DNA of 64,000 nt from an uncultured Alphaproteobacteria bacterium (lineage in GTDB: Bacteria > Pseudomonadota > Alphaproteobacteria > Rhizobiales > Xanthobacteraceae): positions 1,075,206 through 1,139,205 of the forward strand of contig CAVRJW010000005.1 of NCBI GenBank assembly GCA_963722125.1. Direction: 5' to 3'. A program made the translations under genes and the position numbers. The notes below the pieces were generated by a model. That model ran no database searches and was not told the DNA's origin. It worked only from the letters and a program-made list of their open reading frames with translations. Positions 49,377 to 58,142 of the stretch are shown piece after piece (position 1 is the first letter of the stretch; every line of letters starts with the position of its first letter).

Positions 49377-50696
49377 CTAAACCAGCGCCGTTACCGGCGA
49401 CTCGACAAATTTCTTGAACTCCGCCAGCAGTTCGGCGCCGAGCGCGCCGTCCACGACACGATGGTCGCACGATAATGTGACGGACATCTGACTCACGAAC
49501 TTCACGCTGCCATCCGCTGCCTCGATCGGCGCGCGGCGCGTAGCGCCGACTGCAAGGATCGTCGCGTGCGGCGGGTTGATGATCGCAGAGAACTCTCGCA
49601 CGCCATACATCCCCAGATTGGAGATCGCGCTGGCGCCACCCTGATATTCACTGGGCTTAAGCTTTTTGTGACGCGCACGATCGGCAAGATCCCGCATTTC
49701 CGCGGAGATTGCAGTGAGCGATTTCGTTTCGGCATTGCGCACAACAGGCGTGATCAGTCCGCCTTCGAGCGCGACTGCCACTCCAATGTCCGAATGTCGA
49801 AAACGAAGAATGCGATCGCCTGCCCACACGGCGTTCGCCGCCGAAATCCGCTGCAGCGCCGCCGCCCAAGCCTTGATGATGAAATCGTTCAGCGAAAGTT
49901 TAAATGCAGCCTGGCCGTCTTTGCCTTTCGGCGCGGCAGCATTCGCTTCCTCACGCATCGCAATCAGTCGCCCGACATCAAGATCCGCCGTGAGATAGAA
50001 GTGCGGGATTGTCTGCTTGGCCTCGACAAGCCGCGTTGCGATCGTGCGACGCATGGAATCGAGCGGCATTTCCTCGAAGTCGACCCCTTCGTACAGCGCT
50101 TTGACTTGGGTGGCGCTCGGGCCAACTGTCAGCGCCGGGGCGGCATGAGGCACGGCCATTTCCACGTCGTGCGCGACAATGCGGCCATGCGGGCCCGAGC
50201 CCGAAATCCGTGAGAGATCGATGCCTCGCTCCCCCGCGAGCCGGCGCGCAAGCGGCGTCACCGCAGTGCCACTCGCAAGTTTCGCGGGGCCATAGTTGCG
50301 CTCAGGCGAGCGCACTTCGCGGAAAGGGTCCATGGGAATCGATGGGCGACTGGGTGCTGGCGGCGGCACGAATGTCACGGCCGGCATCACGGAAGCTGGC
50401 GGCGACGTAGGTTTGGGCGGAGCGGGAGTCTTGGATGCTGTGGGAGCCGGGCTCGCCCCGGCGCCGGCGCCTGAAATCACGGCGACTACCGCACCGACTT
50501 TCGCTGTTTCGCCTACATTAAAGTGTATCTCAGTGAGCGTGCCGGCGGTCGTCGACGGTACCTCCATCGACGTCTTGTCGGTCTCGATTTCGAACAGGTT
50601 ATCGCCCGGCTTCACCGCATCGCCGGCAGCCTTGAACCATTTCGTGATTTTACCCTCGGCAACAGTCTCGCCGAGTTGCGGCATCAGAATGTCCAA
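49377..50696 (-). CDS. Dihydrolipoamide acyltransferase (E2) of a 2-oxoacid dehydrogenase complex
   Basis: Lipoyl domain (IETDKTSMEVPS), a Pro/Ala linker, an E1/E3-binding domain (TPLARRLAGERGIDLS) and catalytic DHRVVDG. Confidence 0.88.
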   Translation of the reverse strand: MDILMPQLGETVAEGKITKWFKAAGDAVKPGDNLFEIETDKTSMEVPSTTAGTLTEIHFNVGETAKVGAVVAVISGAGAGASPAPTASKTPAPPKPTSPPASVMPAVTFVPPPAPSRPSIPMDPFREVRSPERNYGPAKLASGTAVTPLARRLAGERGIDLSRISGSGPHGRIVAHDVEMAVPHAAPALTVGPSATQVKALYEGVDFEEMPLDSMRRTIATRLVEAKQTIPHFYLTADLDVGRLIAMREEANAAAPKGKDGQAAFKLSLNDFIIKAWAAALQRISAANAVWAGDRILRFRHSDIGVAVALEGGLITPVVRNAETKSLTAISAEMRDLADRARHKKLKPSEYQGGASAISNLGMYGVREFSAIINPPHATILAVGATRRAPIEAADGSVKFVSQMSVTLSCDHRVVDGALGAELLAEFKKFVESPVTALV

Positions 50697-50724
50697 CTGA
50701 TTCTCCCGAAGTGTCCGGCGTGAC

Positions 50725-52176
50725 CTACCACGTCACCGACACGTATTGCGTCTCTTGAAATTCTTTCATGCCTTCTTGGGCACCTTCGCGGCCCAAGCCA
50801 GACTGCTTCACGCCGCCGAATGGCGCCGCCGGATCGGACACCAGACCACGGTTGAGGCCGATCATGCCGAATTCGAGCTTCTCGGAGACGCGCATCCCGC
50901 GGCTCAGATCTTTGGTGAAGAGATAAGCAACCAGTCCGTATTCGGTGTCGTTGGCTCGCTTGATGGCTTCGGCTTCAGTTTTGAAGGTCTGGATCGAAGC
51001 CACCGGACCAAAGATTTCCTCGTTCAACATCTTGGCGTCATCGGACACGTTCGTGATGACGGTCGCGGGGTAAAAATAACCCGGCCCTTCGGGCGTCTTA
51101 CCGCCGGTCAGCACCTTGGCGCCTTTGCTGACGGCGTCATCGACCAGTTCGATCACCTTGTCGCGACCGTCTTTGTTGACCAGCGGCCCAAGATTGATGC
51201 CATCGTCAAGGCCGTTGCCCATTTTCAGCGATTTCATCTTGTCGGTGAGTTTCTTAGCGAACTCATCGTGCACCTTCTCGTGGACATAGAAGCGGTTGGC
51301 CGCCGTGCAGGCCTCACCCATATTACGCATCTTTGCGATCATGGCGCCGTCGATCGCCGCATCGATGTCGGCGTCCTCGAACACAAGGAACGGCGCGTTG
51401 CCGCCGAGCTCCATGGACGGCTTGAGAACCTGGTCGGCGGCCTCATGCAACAGCTTGCGACCAACTTCGGTCGAGCCGGTAAACGACAACACGCGCACGC
51501 GGGGGTCGTGCAGCATCGCGCTCACAACGGGACCGGAACGGCGCGACGGCACGACATTGACGACACCGGCGGGCACGCCCGCTTCTTCCAGTGCCGGCAT
51601 CAATGCGAGCATCGTGAGAGGGGTGTCGGACGCTGGCTTGAGCACCACCGGGCAGCCGGCGGCAAGCGCGGGTCCTATCTTGCGCGTCGCCATGGCGGCG
51701 GGGAAATTCCATGGCGTCACCAGGACTGCAATTCCGGCCGGCTTGTGCTGCGCGACGATGCGCGCGCCGGAGGCCGGTGCGGTCGAGATTTGCCCGATAT
51801 TGCGTACGGCTTCTTCGGCGTACCAACGAAAGAACTCGGCCGCATAGGCGACCTCGCCGCGTGAATCGGACAGCGCCTTACCATTCTCCAGCGTGATCAG
51901 TTTCGCGAAGCGCTCGGCGTCGCGCATGATCACCTCGAAGGCTTTGCGCAAAATCTCGGCACGCTCGCGCGGTTTACGTCCCGCCCAACCTTCGAACGCG
52001 GCTTCGGCGGCGTCGATCGCGGCCTTGGCGTCCTCGACCGAAGCGCTCGCAACCGACGCGATTTTCTTCTCGGTCGCCGGGTCGATCACATCGAAACGCT
52101 GATTGTCCGATGATTTGCGCCATTTGCCGCCGATCCACAGGTCGGTCGGAACATTGGCGAGAAGGTTTTCGTACAT
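50725..52176 (-). CDS. gabD: NAD(P)-dependent succinate-semialdehyde dehydrogenase-like aldehyde dehydrogenase
   Basis: ALDH motifs (VTPWNFP, ELGGNAP, catalytic EACTAANR). The ATG at 52176 has an AAGGAAG Shine-Dalgarno sequence. The ORF is open to 52203. Confidence 0.8.
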   Translation of the reverse strand: MYENLLANVPTDLWIGGKWRKSSDNQRFDVIDPATEKKIASVASASVEDAKAAIDAAEAAFEGWAGRKPRERAEILRKAFEVIMRDAERFAKLITLENGKALSDSRGEVAYAAEFFRWYAEEAVRNIGQISTAPASGARIVAQHKPAGIAVLVTPWNFPAAMATRKIGPALAAGCPVVLKPASDTPLTMLALMPALEEAGVPAGVVNVVPSRRSGPVVSAMLHDPRVRVLSFTGSTEVGRKLLHEAADQVLKPSMELGGNAPFLVFEDADIDAAIDGAMIAKMRNMGEACTAANRFYVHEKVHDEFAKKLTDKMKSLKMGNGLDDGINLGPLVNKDGRDKVIELVDDAVSKGAKVLTGGKTPEGPGYFYPATVITNVSDDAKMLNEEIFGPVASIQTFKTEAEAIKRANDTEYGLVAYLFTKDLSRGMRVSEKLEFGMIGLNRGLVSDPAAPFGGVKQSGLGREGAQEGMKEFQETQYVSVTW

Positions 52177-52288
52177 GACTTCTTCCTTTTTACCACTTGT
52201 CATGGCCCGGCTCGTCCGGGCCGTCTCGCTTAGGGGCGCGCTGCCTTCCTAAACGGGGTCACCAGGACAAGCCCGGTAACAACACAAT

Positions 52289-53269
52289 TCAGCTCCCCAG
52301 GCTCCGCCGCACCGTGTCTGCGATACGGTCGGCCGTCGGCAATACGATGTCTTCGAGAATGTCTGCTGCCGGCAGCGGAATATGCGGTGTGGTGATACGG
52401 ACCGGCGGACCGTCGAGGTCATAGAATGCCTCATCCGCCGCGATCGATACGATCTCGGCGCCCCAACCGCACAGCCGCGGATTCTCTTCGACGGTGAACA
52501 GGCGGTGCGTCTTCGCGATTGAACCGAGAATGGTTTGCGTATCGAGCGGCACCAGCGAGCGCACATCGACGACTTCGCAGTCGATGCCGTGTTCCGCCTT
52601 GAGCCTGTTGGCAGCCTCCAACGCGCGCGGGACCATCAGCGCCAGCGCAACGATCGTTGCATCTTTGCCGGGGCGAACGATCTTGGCCGTGCCGAGCTTA
52701 TCTACGATCTCGCCATCCGGCACTTCGCCCTTTGTCGCATAAAGCGATTTGTGCTCCAGGAAAATCACCGGATCAGGATCGCGAACGGAAGCGGCCAGCA
52801 GGCCGATGACATCGACCGGCGACGACGGCGCCACCACTTTGAGTCCCGGAATCATCATGCACCAGTTCTCGACGCTCTGGCTGTGCTGCGCCCCGAAGCG
52901 CGAGCCTGCGCCGTTGCCGGTACGCACCACCAGCGGGCACTTGGTTTGACCGTTCGACATATAACGGCTTTTGGGGAATTCATTGGCAATGTAGTCGAAG
53001 CACACCGCGAAGAAGTCAGAGAACATGATTTCCGCGATTGGCTTCAGGCCCGTCATCGCCGCGCCCATGGCGGCGCCAAGTATGGCCTGCTCGGAAATGG
53101 GCGTATCGCGAACGCGCAGCGGCCCGAATTGCTCATACAGCCCGACGGTCGCCTTGAACACGCCGCCGGCTTTCGCCACATCCTCGCCAAGAAATACCAC
53201 GTCCGGATCGCGCTTCATTTCTTGTGCGATGCCGCGGATAACCGCGTCCCGATAGCTCAGTTCCGCCAT
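52289..53269 (-). CDS. 2-oxoacid dehydrogenase E1 component, beta subunit
   Basis: MAELSYRDAVIRGIAQEM...RVRDTPISEQ is typical E1-beta. It overlaps the E1-alpha stop by 13 nt. Confidence 0.9.
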   Translation of the reverse strand: MAELSYRDAVIRGIAQEMKRDPDVVFLGEDVAKAGGVFKATVGLYEQFGPLRVRDTPISEQAILGAAMGAAMTGLKPIAEIMFSDFFAVCFDYIANEFPKSRYMSNGQTKCPLVVRTGNGAGSRFGAQHSQSVENWCMMIPGLKVVAPSSPVDVIGLLAASVRDPDPVIFLEHKSLYATKGEVPDGEIVDKLGTAKIVRPGKDATIVALALMVPRALEAANRLKAEHGIDCEVVDVRSLVPLDTQTILGSIAKTHRLFTVEENPRLCGWGAEIVSIAADEAFYDLDGPPVRITTPHIPLPAADILEDIVLPTADRIADTVRRSLGS

Positions 53270-54291
53270 GCCCAACCTCCATCGGCATAGACGTCGGTGG
53301 TCAGAATATCGAGCGGCGGGTTCGGCGCGGCCTTGCAAACCTCGGTCGCATCGTCGACTTCCTTGCGAACACTGGCGTCGATTTTCTCAATCGTCGCATC
53401 GCTGACGCCGAACTGCTTCAATCGCTCGCGGTAGATCTTGATCGGATCACGCAGCTTCCATTTTTCCAGTTCGCCCTCGGGACGATATTTGGCGGGATCG
53501 GCACGCGAATGGCCGCTATGGCGATAGGTCATGCACTCGATCAACGACGGTCCCTCACCGGCGCGCGCCTTAACATAGGCCTTCTGCGCCGCGCGATAAC
53601 ATTCATCAGCGTCATTGCCGTCGATTACGATGCGCTCGAGACCGTAGGCCGAGGCGCGGTCGGCGGCCGGATGCGGAACAGCCGTGACATCCGCGATCGG
53701 CGTGTACTCCATATAGAGATTATTTTCGCATACGAATATGACCGGTAGTTTCCATACCGCGGCGAAATTCAACGCTTCGTGAAATGCGCCGATGTTGGTG
53801 GTGCCATCGCCGAAGAAGCAGACCGAAACATCTTTGTCACCTTTGTACTGCGCGCGCCAAGCGGCGCCGCACGCGATAGGAAGGTGCGCGCCGATGATGG
53901 CATATGAACCCATAACGCCATGCGCTTCCGAGGTAAGGTGCATCGACCCGCCCTTCCCGCGCATCAATCCGTTGTCGCGCTGCATTAACTCGCCCAGCAC
54001 TTTCTCGACGGGAACGCCGCGCGCGAGCGTGTGGGCGTGGCCGCGATAGGTGCAAAAACTCAAGTCGCCCTTCTGCATGGCCTCGGCAAAGCCGGCAGCA
54101 ATCGCTTCCTGTCCGAGCGACAGATGGCTGGTGCCCTTGACCAGGTTTTCCAGGAACAGATCGTAGGCCCGTTGCTCGGCCTCGCGGATCACAACCTGCG
54201 ACCGGTACAGTTCCAGCCGCTTTTGCTCACCAATGTCGTCATTCAGTCCGGAGCCGGCCTTGGCCTGCGCGCGGTCCTTTGCTGTAGCCAT
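53257..54291 (-). CDS. 2-oxoacid dehydrogenase E1 component, alpha subunit (TPP-binding)
   Basis: YRGHAH, GDGTTNIGAFHEALN (TPP motif) and YRHSGHS. Confidence 0.9.
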   Translation of the reverse strand: MATAKDRAQAKAGSGLNDDIGEQKRLELYRSQVVIREAEQRAYDLFLENLVKGTSHLSLGQEAIAAGFAEAMQKGDLSFCTYRGHAHTLARGVPVEKVLGELMQRDNGLMRGKGGSMHLTSEAHGVMGSYAIIGAHLPIACGAAWRAQYKGDKDVSVCFFGDGTTNIGAFHEALNFAAVWKLPVIFVCENNLYMEYTPIADVTAVPHPAADRASAYGLERIVIDGNDADECYRAAQKAYVKARAGEGPSLIECMTYRHSGHSRADPAKYRPEGELEKWKLRDPIKIYRERLKQFGVSDATIEKIDASVRKEVDDATEVCKAAPNPPLDILTTDVYADGGWAWRN

Positions 54292-54367
54292 AAATGATCC
54301 TCAAAAGCTCAAAATCCGTGTAAGGCGGCGGCAACTTAGCCCCTAGACTGAAGGCCCCGCAACTCTC

Positions 54368-55289
54368 CTATTCCAGCGGGCCTTCGATCGCCGCCTCGCT
54401 CGTTGTGGACTTGCCTATCTGCCGCTCGCGATAGAGCAGGTAAAGCCCCGAACCTATAACCATGGCCGCACCCGCTATGGTCCAGCCGGTGGGCACGTGG
54501 TCGAACACCAGATAGCCCAGGATCACTACCCAGATCAGCTGTGTATAGATGAACGGCGACAACACTGAGGCCGGCGCCAACTTGTGGCCCGCGATGAGAA
54601 AAAAGTGGCCGGTGCTCCCGAGCACGCCGGTCATCATGAGCATGACTGCGATGCCCCAATTTGCCGGTGGCTGCCAGACGAATGGAATAACCGGCAGCAT
54701 GACAAGTGCGCCGATGAAGTTCGCGTAGAACAAAGACGTCTGGTTGGAGTCGAACTCGCGAGACGATGCGCGTGATCACTGCGTAGAAACCGTAACAGAC
54801 GGTCGCCGCCAGCGAGAGGACGGCGGCGGGATGCATCCCGCCAAGCCCCGGCCGCGTAATGAGCACTACGCCGGCAAATCCGAAGCCAATCGCCGACCAT
54901 CTCCGCCAGCCAATCCATTCGCCAAGCATCGGGCCGGAAATGATTGCGACGATGAAAGGGAAAGTGAAGATGATTGACAGCGCTTCGTCGAGTTGAAGCC
55001 ATCGCAGCGCCACGAAATTCAGCGCCGTGGATAGAACCAACAACACAGAACGAATGAGTTGAAGCTTCGGGTTGCGTGTTCGCAGCAGATCACGGTGCGT
55101 CAGCGGGTTGGAGACGATCAGCGTGAGCACGAATGCACTGGTGTAACGCGCCCACACGATCTCGAGCGAATCCATCCGAGTGTTGAGGTACTTCGCAGTC
55201 GTGTCGAGGCATGCGAACAGCGCCACCGCGCCGCACATTAAGGCAATGCCGATGAGCCGCTGCCGGCGCTGGTAGGAAGCATCGCTCAA
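54368..55289 (-). pseudogene. DMT/EamA-family transporter interrupted by one frameshift
   Basis: The N-terminal half lies in the frame of ORF 54336-55358 (up to ...YAVITRIVSR). The C-terminal half lies in the frame of ORF 54368-54733 (EFDSNQTSLFYANFIG...). The junction is at about 54757-54765. The start is uncertain (TTG 55289, overlapping the SDR stop). Confidence 0.75.
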
Positions 55290-56041
55290 TATGTCGCCCG
55301 GCCGCCTGAAATGTCGAAGACCGCACCGGTCGTGAAAGAACAATCGCTCGACGCGCAAAAGGCGACAAGACTCGCGATCTCCTCCACGGTGACGAACCGT
55401 CCACGCGGAATTTTCGACAACATGAAGTCGATATGCTCTTGAGTCATTTGGTCAAAGATCGCCGTTTTAGCGGCAGCCGGCGTTATGCAATTGACCGATA
55501 TGTCGTAGGACGCGAGCTCCTTGCCGAGCGATTTTGTCAATGCGATGACCCCGGCCTTCGATGCAGAATAAGCAGGTGCGTTCGGATTGCCTTCTTTGCC
55601 CGCGATCGAAGCGATATTGACGATGCGGCCGTATTTCTGCGCGATCATTGTCGGCGCCAAGGCTCGGCAACAATGAAACGGCCCATCGAGATTGACCGAC
55701 AGGACGTTGCGCCAGGCATCGAGCGGATATTCCCAGGTTTTGACATTCGGCCCAGCGATACCGGCGTTGTTGACCAGGATATCAACCCGGCCCAACGTCA
55801 TGATCGTTTCATCACGCGCGCGCTCGACGTCAGAGTAATCGATGACATTGACCGCAATGGGCACAATGCGACCGCGCTTTTGCAATTCCGCTGCAGTCTT
55901 TTTCGCAAGATCAATATCGCGGTCCCAAATCGCGACTGCGGCGCCCGAATCTAGAAATCGCTCGACAATCGCGCGGCCGATGCCTTGCGCACCCCCGGTG
56001 ACGACTGCATTGCGCGAAGCAAGATCGATTTTGTTGGCCAT
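55286..56041 (-). CDS. Short-chain dehydrogenase/reductase (SDR)
   Basis: VVTGGAQGIGRAI, NNAG and YSASKAG catalytic motifs. The start is at MANKIDL. Confidence 0.88.
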   Translation of the reverse strand: MANKIDLASRNAVVTGGAQGIGRAIVERFLDSGAAVAIWDRDIDLAKKTAAELQKRGRIVPIAVNVIDYSDVERARDETIMTLGRVDILVNNAGIAGPNVKTWEYPLDAWRNVLSVNLDGPFHCCRALAPTMIAQKYGRIVNIASIAGKEGNPNAPAYSASKAGVIALTKSLGKELASYDISVNCITPAAAKTAIFDQMTQEHIDFMLSKIPRGRFVTVEEIASLVAFCASSDCSFTTGAVFDISGGRATY

Positions 56042-56156
56042 GGACGCCTCCCACTTAATAACTAGCGAACGCAGCGTCCCATGGCGAGTGACGATAGTGG
56101 GGTGTGTAATGCGGCCGGCCTTGTAGGGCGCGGCGATGTGCTGTAAACACTCATTC

Positions 56157-56240
56157 GCGGGGCCCACGACGGTCGCCCCACGCTTCCAAGGCTTGCGAGC
56201 CCAAGCACCGTCTCCTTCGTTTGTGGAGGGGACTAATGCT
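56157..56240 (+). promoter_or_regulatory. Copy A of an ~84-nt structured leader element (candidate cis-regulatory RNA), upstream of the TauE gene
   Basis: 73 of 84 nt are identical to 57184-57267. It has three predicted hairpins, and the last pairs ctcc with the ggagg Shine-Dalgarno sequence. It ends in an ATG that opens only a 5-codon ORF (MLTAS). Confidence 0.45.
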
Positions 56241-56398
56241 TACTGCAAGCTAGCAACTCAGCAGACAATTTTGTAATTCGATTACGGCGCATTGGCCGCC
56301 GCGATCGTCAATATATTACGTTCGGGGTCTCGAGGCCTCCCCGTCAGATGCGACGCCGTCCATCCAAAGCGCTGACTGCTTTCACTCGGGAGTAATCC

Positions 56399-57139
56399 AT
56401 GGATGGCACGGTTCTGACGATTTTTCTCTTGGCGTCATTTTTGGGCGGTGTGACCTCCGGGCTCGCCGGTTTCGCCATGGGCCTGGTGGTGTCTGGCGTT
56501 TATTTGCACATCCTGACACCGATCCAGACCGCAGCTTTGATAGTCGGATACGGCTTCGTGACGCAAGGCTACGGCGTTTGGGCGTTGCGACATGCTGTCC
56601 GTTGGCGAAGTGCGGCACCATTCATCGCCGGTGGACTGTTTGGCGTGCCCGCAGGCACGATGCTGCTCACATATATCGACCCGGCCCATATGCGCTTTGG
56701 AGTCGGCTTGCTGCTGGTTATTTACAGTATCTACAGTTTAGCGAAGCCGGCGATAAAATTGACCCACGAAGGCGTTCCGACCGAAGTCGGCGTCGGATTT
56801 CTCAACGGCCTACTCGCCGGATTAACAGGCTTGGTTGGAATTGTCGTCGTGATTTGGTGCCAATTGCGCAACTGGCCGAAAGACGTCCAGCGCGCAATCT
56901 TCCAGCCGGTACTGCTCGCGACTATTTTGACCAGCACGGTATCGTTGAGTGTCGCCGGCGCCGTCACTGCTGAAACCGCCAAATTGTACCTGCTCGGCCT
57001 GCCTTGCATGCTGGCCGGGACATGGGCCGGTCTCAAACTTTACGGCAAACTCGACGACGCGGCCTTCCGCAAAGTGATCCTGATACTGTTGTTTGTGTCA
57101 GGCGTGTCGCTGGTCGTGCCGTTCTCGATGTTCCAATGA
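56399..57139 (+). CDS. TauE/SafE (TSUP) family sulfite/anion exporter
   Basis: 246-aa membrane protein with two TSUP-like halves (GGVTSGLAGFAMG..., GFLNGLLAGLTGL...). Confidence 0.85.
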   Translation: MDGTVLTIFLLASFLGGVTSGLAGFAMGLVVSGVYLHILTPIQTAALIVGYGFVTQGYGVWALRHAVRWRSAAPFIAGGLFGVPAGTMLLTYIDPAHMRFGVGLLLVIYSIYSLAKPAIKLTHEGVPTEVGVGFLNGLLAGLTGLVGIVVVIWCQLRNWPKDVQRAIFQPVLLATILTSTVSLSVAGAVTAETAKLYLLGLPCMLAGTWAGLKLYGKLDDAAFRKVILILLFVSGVSLVVPFSMFQ

Positions 57140-57183
57140 CAAGTCCGCTTGCCGTCGGGCATACGCTGCGATACCAATTCCAA

Positions 57184-57267
57184 GCGGGGCCTGCGACGGT
57201 CGCCCCGCGCTTTCAAGGCTTGCAAGCCCAAGCGCCGTCTCCTTCGTTCACGGAGGGGACCCATGCT
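57184..57267 (+). promoter_or_regulatory. Copy B of the structured leader element, directly preceding the rhodanese-ChrB gene start codon
   Basis: Same architecture as copy A. Its terminal ATG (57263) is the start codon of the downstream gene. Confidence 0.5.
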
Positions 57268-58088
57268 GTCTCCGAGCTATTCGATATCACCGAAAGATCT
57301 CTGGAACGCGATCGCGACGCGCAATGCGCCGCAACTCGTCGACGTACGGCGGCGCGATACCTACGAAGCATCACCGCACTTGCTGCCGGGCGCCGTCTGG
57401 CGCGAAGCCTCCAAAGCCCGAACATGGGCGACAGAATTTGATGTCACGCGCCCGATTGTCGCCGCGTGCAAAGCCGGTCACGAAATGAGCCAAAGCACGG
57501 TCGCACAGTTACGCGCCGACGGCATCGACGCCCGTGTGTTGGAAGGCGGGTATGAGGGTTGGGCGAAAGCTGGCCTGCCCTTTATTGCCAAAGCCGAACT
57601 TGAACGACTCGCGCCGAAGCGTCCGAGCATCTGGGTCACACGCCGGCGTCCCAAAATCGATCGCATCGCGTGCCCGTGGCTGATCCTCCGCTTTCTCGAT
57701 CCGCAAGCGCGCATCCTGTTCGTCGATCCCGATCAGGTTGTCAGTGCCGCGCGCGAAAGCGGCGGCGTTCCATTCGACATCAAGGATGTTGAGCTCAGTC
57801 ACGTCGGTGAACGCTGCTCGTTCGACACGATGCTCCAGCTATTCGGCCTGGAAGGTGAACCGTCCTTGGCGCGCCCTCGCATTGATCGTTCGTGGCGCCG
57901 ACACTGCGCGCCCCGACATTGCGGCGGAAGCGGCGGGATTGCACGCCATATCGCTTGGTCTTTCTGCGCTTGCAGGCGACGACGACCACGGACTGCTTGA
58001 TCGCGGCTTCATGGTTTACGATGCTTTATTCGCATGGCTGCGATTTGCCGCCGAAGAGCGTCATAATTGGCCGGCAAAGGCAGCGTGA
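57263..58088 (+). pseudogene. Rhodanese-domain / ChrB-C-terminal-domain fusion protein (chromate resistance-associated), one frameshift
   Basis: N-terminal rhodanese-like region (LVDVRRRDTYEASPHLLPGAVW...ACKAGHEMS). ChrB_C-like region (IWVTRRRPKIDRIACPWLILRFLDP). The sense continues in the frame of ORF 57738-58088 (LALIVRGADTARPD...) after the CCC run at 57874-57876. Confidence 0.75.
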
Positions 58089-58142
58089 CGAGCATGACAG
58101 CTGCCGAAGCAGACTGACCGACCGAGTTTCGCCGAAGCATTC

